Positions 18,610 through 27,504 of a stretch of DNA of 64,000 bases are shown here, piece by piece (the stretch's first letter is position 1; each line of letters opens with the position of its first letter). Below the pieces are notes generated by a model. The model made no database searches. It saw only the letters and a list, made by a program, of their open reading frames with translations, and was not told the origin of the DNA. Location: sequence record OK905446.1. One strand, written 5' to 3'. Made by a program: the position numbers and the translations under genes.

Positions 18610-18849
18610 TTATTTATACGTCTGGTTATCAACAAATCGCTTTAATTCAGGCAGGTGACCAATGTATGTATCACCGTGCATGGCAAGCGGTACTCGAATA
18701 TTACGAACACCACCAAGCTTTCTATGCAATTCGTCGATGTCAGATTGAGACTGCAACTCGATTACAGTATACGGGACGTTTTTGAACTTACAGAGGGAGA
18801 TAGCGTGACGACAGCCGTCACAGTTAGGAATTGTGTATATCGTTATCAT
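18610..18849 (-). CDS. Glutaredoxin/NrdH-like protein
   Basis: IYTIPNCDGC (CxxC), VP motif, YIG. Confidence 0.88.
   Translation of the reverse strand: MITIYTIPNCDGCRHAISLCKFKNVPYTVIELQSQSDIDELHRKLGGVRNIRVPLAMHGDTYIGHLPELKRFVDNQTYK
18611..18618 (-). promoter_or_regulatory. Late promoter TATAAATA
   Basis: Exact gp55 consensus 60 bp upstream of gene 24. Confidence 0.85.
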
Positions 18850-18867
18850 TTCATCACCTCGACGTAC

Positions 18868-18896
18868 ATTATACGGCTATCAAGGCGGTTCTTAAA
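18868..18896 (-). promoter_or_regulatory. Promoter TTTAAG-17-TATAAT (TTGTTTA context) next to the 9-bp array
   Basis: -10 at 18868-18873, -35 at 18891-18896. Confidence 0.7.
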
Positions 18897-18903
18897 CAAT
18901 TTT

Positions 18904-18968
18904 ACTAATAACTCTAATATTACTAAAACTACTAATTCTACTAAGATGAGACGGAATTTTTCCACCTC
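18904..18968 (-). repeat. Five 9-bp-periodic TTAGT cores plus a 21-bp palindrome (copy A)
   Basis: ACTAA at 18904, 18913 (TCTAA), 18922, 18931, 18940; palindrome 18948-18968; inverted copy at 61493-61557. Confidence 0.9.
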
Positions 18969-18974
18969 AAACCT

Positions 18975-18995
18975 AAAAAAGCCCCTTTCGGGGCT
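18975..18995 (-). terminator. Intrinsic terminator after the SprT-like gene
   Basis: AGCCCC-GAAA-GGGGCT-TTTTT. Confidence 0.8.
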
Positions 18996-19006
18996 GATTG
19001 AGAGAA

Positions 19007-19837
19007 TTACAAGCTGTGTTTCTTTTTGAAAGTGTCTAGACGCTGCTCGATTGTGTGAGCGTCTAGTTCAATCATGATGTACCAATCTTTGTATTTACCG
19101 CGCTGTTCGAAAGATACTGACTTGCAACCTTTGTGAGTTGTAGTCATTACGATTTCTGCGATTGCGTCACGAGCAGCTTGACCACGTGCAGATACTTTAG
19201 CAGGAGCAGCTTTAGGCGCTTCTTTCTTTTCTGCTTTAGGTTCAGCTTTAGGAGCTGGTGTAGCTACTGATTGAGCGTTGTCAGCTTTTTTCGCTTCAAA
19301 ATCAGCTTTGATTGCTTTGAAAGTTGCTGAAGATACACAACGAAGTTGACCTTCAGTTTCAGCTTTACGACCTCTCAAGAATAGAGACTTGATGTTCACG
19401 CCTTGAAAACGACGTGTCATGCGATCCATTTTCTGAACAACTTCAATTTCGCCTTTGTTGTTTTCGAAGAAAACTACGTACTTGCTGTCTACTGCTTCTG
19501 AGTTAGAAACTTTTGAACAACGTTCAGCCGTACCACCCAGTTGACGGTGTACACGTTTCCAGATTGCACCGTGACCAGTTTCGTTGAAATCTGTGTACGC
19601 GATTGCGTGAGCCATTTCATGAGTGATTGTGTTGATTTGCTCTTCTTTAGTACGAGCGTTCAAGTATTTCTCAGAAAGGCGAAGAACTTTAGTACGGTAG
19701 TTACAATCACCAAGTGCAGCTTTACGAGTTGAAAACTCAAAAGACCAGCCTTCAGCAAGCAAATCGCGTTGCATTAGATTGTTGCCGCTCATTAGGTCGA
19801 TTGCGATTGCTTTCATTTCTGATTTAGTGATTGTCAT
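19007..19837 (-). CDS. SprT-like zinc metalloprotease
   Basis: Start MTITKSEMK after the conserved leader; HEMAHA, GHGAIWK...LGG..ERC. Confidence 0.85.
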   Translation of the reverse strand: MTITKSEMKAIAIDLMSGNNLMQRDLLAEGWSFEFSTRKAALGDCNYRTKVLRLSEKYLNARTKEEQINTITHEMAHAIAYTDFNETGHGAIWKRVHRQLGGTAERCSKVSNSEAVDSKYVVFFENNKGEIEVVQKMDRMTRRFQGVNIKSLFLRGRKAETEGQLRCVSSATFKAIKADFEAKKADNAQSVATPAPKAEPKAEKKEAPKAAPAKVSARGQAARDAIAEIVMTTTHKGCKSVSFEQRGKYKDWYIMIELDAHTIEQRLDTFKKKHSL

Positions 19838-19937
19838 AATGTTCTCTCTTAAAGTAGTTTGTGTATCTCGTCTTGATGTGTTTATTATCGGGTATTGGTG
19901 TGTTATTGTCAATACCCGAAAACTACTTTTTCGTGAT

Positions 19938-20444
19938 TTAGATCTCGTTTTTGCTTCTTTCTATAATATCTTGAGCAATTTCAATAACTTCTTCGTATGT
20001 TAGAGAGCCGATTGTGATAGAACCAGTGCCTTTGTGACCTTTCAGAATCTTTTTATTTGCATAAAAATTGTTCAGTTCTTTGTTGCTGAAGTTCTTAGTA
20101 CGAATATTAAGCTGGTGATTAACAACACCGCCAATGAAGTAGAAGCGTAGACCTAGTTCTTCGATTTCAAGACCTGGCTGAGATTCGCGAATGAACCACT
20201 GATATTCAGTAAAATCACCGTTTAGACGCGCTAGATTCTCTTCTGCGGTAGGCAATGCAATCTTCTTGCTTGCTGCACGTACTTTCGCTGTACGCTTCGT
20301 TTTAGCAGCTTTCATTGCTTGTTGACGTAAGTCAGTCAAGAAATGCGAACGACCTTTCTCGTCGATAGCTTGAAAACCGTTTGCTGCAACTGTCATGTTG
20401 AAGTGTGCTGCTACTTGCGCGTTAGTCATTGATTGTGCATTCAT
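19938..20444 (-). CDS. Hypothetical early protein
   Basis: Follows a cassette variant at 20442-20517. Confidence 0.75.
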   Translation of the reverse strand: MNAQSMTNAQVAAHFNMTVAANGFQAIDEKGRSHFLTDLRQQAMKAAKTKRTAKVRAASKKIALPTAEENLARLNGDFTEYQWFIRESQPGLEIEELGLRFYFIGGVVNHQLNIRTKNFSNKELNNFYANKKILKGHKGTGSITIGSLTYEEVIEIAQDIIERSKNEI

Positions 20445-20517
20445 AATTGTTCTCTCTTTGTTAGTAGAAGTCGTTTCGATGTAGCTATATTAGGCGATGT
20501 TTTAGCCAACACGCAAC
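20442..20517 (-). promoter_or_regulatory. Early-promoter cassette variant (TTGCGT...TAATAT plus conserved leader)
   Basis: Leader GCTACATCGAAACGAC...CTAACAAAGAGAGAAC shared with copies 1, 2 and 5. Confidence 0.7.
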
Positions 20518-20566
20518 CATTTTGTTCAAAAAAGTTTAAAATAATTTCAACGGGTGTTACGAGCAT

Positions 20567-20574
20567 CATAAATA
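20567..20574 (+). promoter_or_regulatory. Putative late promoter CATAAATA
   Basis: One mismatch to consensus, 33 bp upstream of the Alt-like start. Confidence 0.6.
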
Positions 20575-20606
20575 CTCATATATTTCTAAAGGGTGAGTCT
20601 ATACAA

Positions 20607-22250
20607 ATGATTGGATTTCAACAATTAACTGAAAACATGAGCGCAACATACGACTACTATCCGGCTCGCTCGACCAAAGAAAACAAATTCTTTGTGATCG
20701 ACATGAACGGCGAAGCTCGTGACGTTGTTGTTACGTTCACAACTAAAACTAAAACTGACATTGGCAACCGTAGCAAGCGTGCATGGTTCTGTACTGTCTC
20801 AGCTATGCGTGGCAAGAAAGGCGGGTTGACTATTCGTGAAATGGGAGACCAACAAAAGTTTCAAGATACTCTGGTGACTCTTGTTCAGAGTTTCATGCTT
20901 AAAACTCGTGCCAATGCTGTATCAATGCGAATTCAAAAGCTAGGTAGCGGTAAAATGTTTGATATGCGCGTTAAGACGCTATTCAAGAAACTACGCTACG
21001 GCTGTGAAACCACTAAAGTAATGAGCGGTGGCGAGAATGAAATGGCTGAAGATTTCAGCTTCTTCGTGATCACTAAACCTGGCTATAATGCTGATAAACT
21101 AGTCGAAGCATCTGAAGAAACAATCAACATGCTTGCTGCTAAAATGGCAACTGAAACTGATATTTCATCTAAAAAGACGATTATCATAACTGCCGATGTT
21201 GGCTACGAAGACTATGACGACGACGTACTAGGTCAATGGGTTGAAGAAAACCCTGCCGCTCGTGTTCCAAATGAAGTTCTTCAAATGCCACAGTTTGAAT
21301 CTCGTCACAGCGCAACACAAAACGCACGCTTAACCGAACTGTCACTTACTGAATCGGATTCGTCATTGGCTAATGCTGCACGCGGTGTTATCGACATGAA
21401 CCTAGAACTACCGGTTCTAGCTGAAGCAGTCAACTCGTACGTACGTGAATCTAAAAACCCTAGTGACGTACTAGCTTGCTTGATGGAATCGCGTTCTCGT
21501 GCGCATACAGCGCAATATGAGCGTCTTTCACTGCAACTAATGCAGGAAGATTCATTCGCGGGCTTGTCTGCGCTTACACAAGCGGCTATCGCTCGTTATT
21601 CTGCTTCTCATAATGCATGGAAAGTTAACGAAGCTTTGATTCACGGTAAAGAATCTGATAAGTCGTCTGAGATTATCAAACGTCTAGACCAAGCATTTGC
21701 TGAAGCTGGTAAGTCTGCCAGTGCAATGACACTGTATCGCGGTACTGAAATGAGCAGCAAGCGAGTTGGGTCAATTCTTGAATCTGGTGTGTTTGTGTCA
21801 ACAGCGTTTATTTCATCGTCAAGCAACCCATTAGTCGCGTGTGATTTCGTTGAATCAACGTCTAAGACTATTGTGAATGCAATTGATAAGAACAGCAAAT
21901 CAACAATGCGTGATATGCTAGAATCAGATAAGAAACTGAACGTTGTGTTTGTTATCGAAGCTGAAGGATTGCCTGTACTGGCATCTGGAAAACACGGGAA
22001 GAAAGGCGATTGTGAATTTATCATCAACCGTAATACGATGTTTGAAGCTGAATTGGTTCAACTGTCTGAGTTTGATGCGGTGATTCGTCTAACGAAACAG
22101 AACAAACATGAAAAATTCAGTGTTCTTTCTGAGCGCAAAAAACAAGACCGTTTGCAGGAACTAACTGAAGTCGCAAACTTCATGCGTGCCGTTGAAATTA
22201 AAATCGACGAAGAACGTCTTGTAAAAGAGCGTAGTCCATTAACGCCATGA
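20607..22250 (+). CDS. alt: Alt-like ADP-ribosyltransferase (R-S-E class)
   Basis: Start MIGFQQLTE (LxE cleavage-like); C-terminal VNEAL...TLYRG...STAFISSSS...DCEFII. Confidence 0.75.
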   Translation: MIGFQQLTENMSATYDYYPARSTKENKFFVIDMNGEARDVVVTFTTKTKTDIGNRSKRAWFCTVSAMRGKKGGLTIREMGDQQKFQDTLVTLVQSFMLKTRANAVSMRIQKLGSGKMFDMRVKTLFKKLRYGCETTKVMSGGENEMAEDFSFFVITKPGYNADKLVEASEETINMLAAKMATETDISSKKTIIITADVGYEDYDDDVLGQWVEENPAARVPNEVLQMPQFESRHSATQNARLTELSLTESDSSLANAARGVIDMNLELPVLAEAVNSYVRESKNPSDVLACLMESRSRAHTAQYERLSLQLMQEDSFAGLSALTQAAIARYSASHNAWKVNEALIHGKESDKSSEIIKRLDQAFAEAGKSASAMTLYRGTEMSSKRVGSILESGVFVSTAFISSSSNPLVACDFVESTSKTIVNAIDKNSKSTMRDMLESDKKLNVVFVIEAEGLPVLASGKHGKKGDCEFIINRNTMFEAELVQLSEFDAVIRLTKQNKHEKFSVLSERKKQDRLQELTEVANFMRAVEIKIDEERLVKERSPLTP

Positions 22251-22252
22251 TC

Positions 22253-22279
22253 AAAAAAGGGAGCAATTTGCTCCCTTTT
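22253..22279. terminator. Bidirectional terminator between convergent late genes
   Basis: A6-GGGAGC-AATTT-GCTCCC-T4; near-identical one at 62893-62920. Confidence 0.85.
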
Positions 22280-22282
22280 CTT

Positions 22283-23164
22283 TTATCTAATATCTTCTAG
22301 TTCATAGCCCCAGATATTACTAAAATCTTCTTCGGATTCGACGTAATACAATGTATCTTGCTCACACAAAATCATATCACCTGCATCAAGCACCGCGCCT
22401 TTTTCCGAAATTTCGAATGTACGACCAGTTTTAGTTTTAACCGTAACATCACCTAGCATTGATAGCCAAATCTCAGCCGAATCTAAGTGGTTGAACTTAC
22501 CACGCGGAGTCGTTGCTTCAATGTGAATAACATCACTTGATTTTCGTTCTATGTAAACTCGACCGTGTGGTAATGCAAATCGAATGTAATCACCGTCGTT
22601 GTCTAGCCAGAATAACTTAGCCCATGTGAATGCATTGGTATTCGGGAAAATGACGTACGTTAGTTCTTCGTCCTTTTTAATACCGTCGTTGTGCAGTCTG
22701 CGAACTTTCGGCGGGTTATTGTTCTTAACCGTGAAGCTATTTCCCATAACGTGAACCGTGTAGTTCATCTTGCTTGCATATCGCTCTGCCATACGCTTGT
22801 ACAGTCGGAAACGTTTGTCTGCATCGTTGCGGTCTTCATCTGAATACGCACTGAACGTAATCTCATCTGGGTGAATTTCAGAGGCTTTTTCAAACGTAGC
22901 AGCTAGGATTGTACTCAATACTGTCATTGCATCTTTAGGCGAACCCTTTGCAAGCGTGTGCGTCCAATTACCAGTTTCGCGGTCTTTTCGTTGGAATGCT
23001 ACATATATGCTTACACCGCGTGGCGTGTCACGGTCTTGAATCGTTGCCATGTATTGCGTACCGCCTACTGTGAAACTAGCTTCATTGTGCATAGCATCCC
23101 ATCTGTATGGAACAGGTCGGTCGAACGCTTCAATTAACGTTTCGTCGTGTTCAAAAATAATCAT
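22283..23164 (-). CDS. Late-expressed hypothetical protein, putative internal head protein
   Basis: N-terminus ...TLIE/AFD resembles the gp21 cleavage site of Alt (LITE/LFD); TATAAATA upstream. Confidence 0.65.
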   Translation of the reverse strand: MIIFEHDETLIEAFDRPVPYRWDAMHNEASFTVGGTQYMATIQDRDTPRGVSIYVAFQRKDRETGNWTHTLAKGSPKDAMTVLSTILAATFEKASEIHPDEITFSAYSDEDRNDADKRFRLYKRMAERYASKMNYTVHVMGNSFTVKNNNPPKVRRLHNDGIKKDEELTYVIFPNTNAFTWAKLFWLDNDGDYIRFALPHGRVYIERKSSDVIHIEATTPRGKFNHLDSAEIWLSMLGDVTVKTKTGRTFEISEKGAVLDAGDMILCEQDTLYYVESEEDFSNIWGYELEDIR

Positions 23165-23186
23165 TTTCGTTCTCTCTAAATGAAAG

Positions 23187-23194
23187 TATTTATA
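23187..23194 (-). promoter_or_regulatory. Late promoter TATAAATA
   Basis: Exact consensus between the ligase terminator (23197-23220) and the 293-aa gene. Confidence 0.85.
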
Positions 23195-23221
23195 CGAAAA
23201 AAGGGGCTTTCGCCCCTTTTA

Positions 23222-24562
23222 TTAACCTTTGAAACCGCTCATTTCTTCAAGAACGTTCGCAACGTCTTTGTCGTCACGGAATTTCACGAAGATTGGCAAG
23301 AAACATGACCACGTGTCTTTGTTTCGTGCTTGTGTAATAGCGTTGTAGTTGATTTCAACAATCATACCAATTACTTCATCACGACGTGCCCAAATCTCTT
23401 CACGGTCTTTGTCAGAAAATCCGCTACCAACTTTAGTAATCAATTTACCACATGCTGAACGCAATAGAAGAGCACCAGCTTTGCCTTTGTTCTTCTTATC
23501 GCCTTCTAGAACTTCGATAACTTCTAAGTCACCGTCATGCACTTCTTTGAACTTAACAAGTGACTTGCTTCGCTTGTCTTCCCATAGTGCTTCTGGGTCT
23601 TTCAAGATGATGCCTTCTAAGCCCTTCGCCACGTAATCAGCGTAGATTTTACCTGCTTCTTCTTTCGAACTGACAGGGTGCCATGGGATTGGTTCGATGT
23701 CTACTGCGTATGCAACTAAATCAGCTAGAATTTGCTTGCGTAGTCGATACGGCATGTTCATCGAGTTATCAATGCCGAAGTACACTTCTTCTGGGATAAT
23801 ATCCCATACTTGGAACACGATGTCTGCTTGTTCTTTAGCAGTGATCGTACCTTTGCTTGCTTTGTTAACGATACCGTTACCAGTTGAGCGATCTTCAACG
23901 CTATCAAGACCATTCGGTGCGTAAACAAGCTCACCGTCAATCACAAACCCTTTTGCATCAAGCTTAGAAAGCTCTTTCTCGATCTTCACAAGACCAAGAT
24001 ACGGCTTGCCGTTTCGAGACGTGAACGTGATGTTGCCTTCTTTGTCAATGTGCGCGAAACAACGAGCACCATCAGCTTTAAGCTCTGCATATGCAGGGTT
24101 TGCTAGAATCGCGTCAACAAGTTCTTCTTTGTAAGAGCTTGCAAGCATTTGCGGTTGCTCTGGGATCAGCTTCTTCCAAACTTTGTTTGCAGTGCCACCC
24201 GTACAGCCAGTTCTAAGGTCGCGAAGAATAACACGACGAATAACTTCAGCATTGTCGGCAGTTACTTGCTTCAGTACGTTTTCAACGAAAATCTGAGCAG
24301 CACCACCGCGTGTTTGCTTAGTCACAAGCTCGGTATACACGTGTTCAAGTGCTTCTTCTAGCGGAAGATAGCAATCGACGTGAAGCGCCGCTGTTTCGTG
24401 ACATACTTCAGGCAGTTTCTTCATGTTGAACTGGTACGTTGGCGTGTAAGCTAGTTGGAAGACACGCTTCAGCAAATCATTGCTTGCTTCAGCTTTCAAA
24501 ATCTTCTCTTTCTCAGTGCGCTTACTCGTTGCTGCTAGTTTGTTTAGAATTGGTAGAATCAT
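23222..24562 (-). CDS. 30: ATP-dependent DNA ligase
   Basis: Start MILPILNKL; ELKADGAR, VIDGELV, EGIILK, KVGSGF, CFLPIF. Confidence 0.98.
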   Translation of the reverse strand: MILPILNKLAATSKRTEKEKILKAEASNDLLKRVFQLAYTPTYQFNMKKLPEVCHETAALHVDCYLPLEEALEHVYTELVTKQTRGGAAQIFVENVLKQVTADNAEVIRRVILRDLRTGCTGGTANKVWKKLIPEQPQMLASSYKEELVDAILANPAYAELKADGARCFAHIDKEGNITFTSRNGKPYLGLVKIEKELSKLDAKGFVIDGELVYAPNGLDSVEDRSTGNGIVNKASKGTITAKEQADIVFQVWDIIPEEVYFGIDNSMNMPYRLRKQILADLVAYAVDIEPIPWHPVSSKEEAGKIYADYVAKGLEGIILKDPEALWEDKRSKSLVKFKEVHDGDLEVIEVLEGDKKNKGKAGALLLRSACGKLITKVGSGFSDKDREEIWARRDEVIGMIVEINYNAITQARNKDTWSCFLPIFVKFRDDKDVANVLEEMSGFKG

Positions 24563-24743
24563 CTGGACCCTCGATATAAATTTCAGGACGAACACGTGCA
24601 ACAAAGCAGAGTTCGTGTAAATCATTTTTGTACAACACTTTAAGCGCGTCTTCTTCTCTCATGTACAATGCAGGCATTGTAACATCAGCGAGATCAATAA
24701 TCGCCACTTCTTGGTTGCTTTTCATTAGTATAGCAAACATCAT
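24522..24743 (-). CDS. Hypothetical protein
   Basis: GAGG SD before ATG at 24743; overlaps the ligase start. Confidence 0.5.
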   Translation of the reverse strand: MMFAILMKSNQEVAIIDLADVTMPALYMREEDALKVLYKNDLHELCFVARVRPEIYIEGPDDSTNSKQTSSNE

Positions 24744-24993
24744 TTTCCTCAAAATATACGTTGCCGTCTTTGATTGTGACTAAGAATGTCTTGCCAGCGA
24801 TATGATCGCCATAGATGTGAACAATGTAATCACATGCTTCCTTGTTCCATTCTTGCCAATCAGTCTGCAATTCAGCTTCCCATTCTTCACGACTTGCGAA
24901 GAAAGGTTTGCCTTTTGCTTCTCTCTTGTCAAGCACAACAGCACGCTTTGCAAGTGCGCTATCAGCATGAATAATATAAGCTCGTTTAATCAT
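24694..24993 (-). CDS. Hypothetical protein
   Basis: ORF downstream of the hairpin promoter at 25015-25055. Confidence 0.65.
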   Translation of the reverse strand: MIKRAYIIHADSALAKRAVVLDKREAKGKPFFASREEWEAELQTDWQEWNKEACDYIVHIYGDHIAGKTFLVTIKDGNVYFEENDVCYTNEKQPRSGDY

Positions 24994-25049
24994 CAGTGAA
25001 TCCAAAAAGCCCCAAACGGAGCTTTATTATACAACGGGGTTTAGCTCTG

Positions 25050-25646
25050 TTAAACTTTCGCGTGAATAAAGTCTAATAGCTTTGACATGTGATGAACGTC
25101 GGCGCGTTCGTCGTAGCGATTTAGGTGAATAGTCTTGAGACTCGTCGCACGACCAATTGCTTCGATGTTCTCAAGCTGATCGTCAATGAATCCCACGACG
25201 TTATGATCTGCTTGAAGTGCAGCAACATAACCGACTTTGCTTTCATCACCGCGAATAGTGATTAGCTCACTGAAGCAACCCGGGAAGAACGTCTCTAGGT
25301 TGAACTTGCGAACTAGCCAGTGGTCAGTAGTGTCACCGAATTTTGTCAGCGCAATTAGATTGTACTCTTTAGCGATTTTGTGTACATGCTCAACAGCATC
25401 TGGGAACGCAGTCATGTACTTGCCATGCTCAAGATTGTATTTCTCAAGCAAGTCGAATGCAATTGAACGTTGCTCTACACCAAACAGGTCGCGCACGTCA
25501 ACGTGTTCTTTTGCTGTGAAGTGTTTTAGAGCACGAACAGGGTCGATGCCGCAACGCTTGCAGAATAACGGTAGCTGACTTGCCCAATCAATAAGCACGC
25601 CGTCCACGTCAAAAATTAGAGTTGGTTTGATTTTCTTATCAGTCAT
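25050..25646 (-). CDS. HAD-like hydrolase, T4 gp30.2-like
   Basis: IFDVDGVLIDW...FIDDQLENI; near gene 30. Confidence 0.8.
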   Translation of the reverse strand: MTDKKIKPTLIFDVDGVLIDWASQLPLFCKRCGIDPVRALKHFTAKEHVDVRDLFGVEQRSIAFDLLEKYNLEHGKYMTAFPDAVEHVHKIAKEYNLIALTKFGDTTDHWLVRKFNLETFFPGCFSELITIRGDESKVGYVAALQADHNVVGFIDDQLENIEAIGRATSLKTIHLNRYDERADVHHMSKLLDFIHAKV

Positions 25647-25716
25647 AATGTTTCTCTCATGTAATATCTACTATATGATACTAAAAAGGGCTGACACGTG
25701 TCAACCCTTTTTTCAT

Positions 25717-26229
25717 TTATTTCATCCACTGTTTACGCTTTTTAGAGCGTTTCCATCCGTGTGAACGTGCGTGGTAAGACTCAAGCCCATCCCAATCACG
25801 AAGCACGCGAACAAGCTTAGAACGCTTCATGCGAACGACATTGCCGTATTCTGGTTCAATCTCGTCTTTGCACATTTGATCGTGGTGAATCTGAGTCATC
25901 AGACCATTTCCACGATGCGCGTAGATTCCGTTCTTGTAGTTGTGAACACCCGGTACTGGCGTGTATCGAAACACGTAGTTACCTTTGTGGCGTGCTAGGT
26001 ATTCGCCGTTACGAATAAGGCGAATGATGCTGTTTGCTTCTTTAGAAATGTAGAAGCCAACTGCGGTACGATAATCCCACCAACGCTCGTATACAACATA
26101 AGTTCTAGCCCACTCTGGAACCCAGCTACCCTCATCCTCTTTGTAGATGTGCTTGTAACCGCATTCACGCGAGTTGTAAACAGGTAGATCTTTTTTCTTT
26201 ACGCCTTTGTACAGTTTTGGTTCTGTCAT
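25717..26229 (-). CDS. Conserved basic hypothetical protein
   Basis: RYTPVPG...RSHGWKRSKKRKQW C-terminus. Confidence 0.7.
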   Translation of the reverse strand: MTEPKLYKGVKKKDLPVYNSRECGYKHIYKEDEGSWVPEWARTYVVYERWWDYRTAVGFYISKEANSIIRLIRNGEYLARHKGNYVFRYTPVPGVHNYKNGIYAHRGNGLMTQIHHDQMCKDEIEPEYGNVVRMKRSKLVRVLRDWDGLESYHARSHGWKRSKKRKQWMK

Positions 26230-26289
26230 TGCTGTTTCTCCTAGTTAAATTACACTAGTGAAACAGCTCCTTACGATGAAATTTCTTCA

Positions 26290-26535
26290 TTATGCAATTA
26301 CCTCATACACTTCAGATAAAAATTCGTCAACGTCATCTACGTTGATTTGGTCTTCTGAGACCTCAAGCAAGTCGCAAAGCAGTTCTAAAATATCGTGCTT
26401 GCGAATTGTACCGTGACTGAACACAGTCTGTCCGATCCATTCTGCTACTGACCAGTAATAGTCATCAAAATCACCGTCGCATTCGAAATTTGCTAGGTTG
26501 TACTGCTCAAGAAGCATATTCAAATCGTGCGTCAT
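26290..26535 (-). CDS. Hypothetical acidic protein
   Basis: ORF track, 81 aa. Confidence 0.7.
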   Translation of the reverse strand: MTHDLNMLLEQYNLANFECDGDFDDYYWSVAEWIGQTVFSHGTIRKHDILELLCDLLEVSEDQINVDDVDEFLSEVYEVIA

Positions 26536-26575
26536 ATTTGTTACCTTGTGTTATTATATTGACGCACGTATTTAA

Positions 26576-26779
26576 TTAGCGAGATTTACGAACTTTTGCG
26601 ATAACACGCTTGCCGAAAAGCAACGCTAATAGCACTGGTGAAACTAACGCGCACGTGAAACTAAATCCCGCGCCACTCATTTTACCACCATGACCTTGAT
26701 ACGACTTGTAAAGCTCGTCGCCGCCAATAATCGTAATAAATGCACCAATCAGAACGTAAATTGTGACAAAAAACATCAT
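26576..26779 (-). CDS. Small membrane protein
   Basis: Two hydrophobic segments and a basic C-terminus. Confidence 0.65.
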   Translation of the reverse strand: MMFFVTIYVLIGAFITIIGGDELYKSYQGHGGKMSGAGFSFTCALVSPVLLALLFGKRVIAKVRKSR

Positions 26780-27504
26780 ATGTCAAAAATCCTCACACCA
26801 TAATCTGGGTTTTCAGAGCCGTATGCATGTGGATTACACACTACATTACAGCCGTTTACATGATAGTCAAATTCTTGATGAACGTGACCGTGAATTGCAA
26901 AATCAAATCCCTCTAGCAAGTGGTCTAGATTTGTGCAATAGAAACTGTTTGTACTTGCGTGCGCATACAAAGGCGAAATGCTGTTTCTAGACGGCGCGTG
27001 ATGCGTTATCAGCACTTTCTTACCGTCGATTTCTCTGCATTTCTCAATGAATTTCACTGCTTTTACGTGCAGCGCATGAACATCTTCGCCGTACAATCCG
27101 CGCCACTGAGGACCCCGAATCTTACGACGGTCATTCATGGTTTCTTTCCATCGTTGACCTTCAAACCAGTCATTAATTTCGTGCCACAGCGTTGTACCGC
27201 AGAATGTCACGTCGTCAATCTGAACTGTATTTTCAAGCAATACATGAACATTGTCAACCTCTGATTCGAATTTATGCGTTTCGTGAATCGCCAAACCCCA
27301 CCAGTCGTGATTTCCCGGCACTGCGATAACTGCACGCCACCGGTCGGCTACAGCTTCTAAATCGCGCACTGTGCGCCCTTTGCTGTTAATGTCACCCGCT
27401 ACTACCAGTACAGCGTCTTTATCGCCTGTAATGCGCTCTAGCGCGTTTGTGTCGTGATAGTCGTTGTGAATGTCGCTACAGTAATAAACCTTTAAATCTG
27501 CCAT
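26776..27504 (-). CDS. Calcineurin-like metallophosphoesterase
   Basis: SDIH, AGDI, PGNHD, THHAP, HGHVH. Confidence 0.92.
   Translation of the reverse strand: MADLKVYYCSDIHNDYHDTNALERITGDKDAVLVVAGDINSKGRTVRDLEAVADRWRAVIAVPGNHDWWGLAIHETHKFESEVDNVHVLLENTVQIDDVTFCGTTLWHEINDWFEGQRWKETMNDRRKIRGPQWRGLYGEDVHALHVKAVKFIEKCREIDGKKVLITHHAPSRNSISPLYAHASTNSFYCTNLDHLLEGFDFAIHGHVHQEFDYHVNGCNVVCNPHAYGSENPDYGVRIFDI

Noticed and set aside
20433-20606. Longer ORF-track starts for Alt-like, gp34 (54943), ligase (24625), gp46 (11597), uvsY (61596), SprT (19912)
   Set aside because: Extensions run through promoters or neighbouring genes; downstream ATGs have SD sequences and family-typical N-termini
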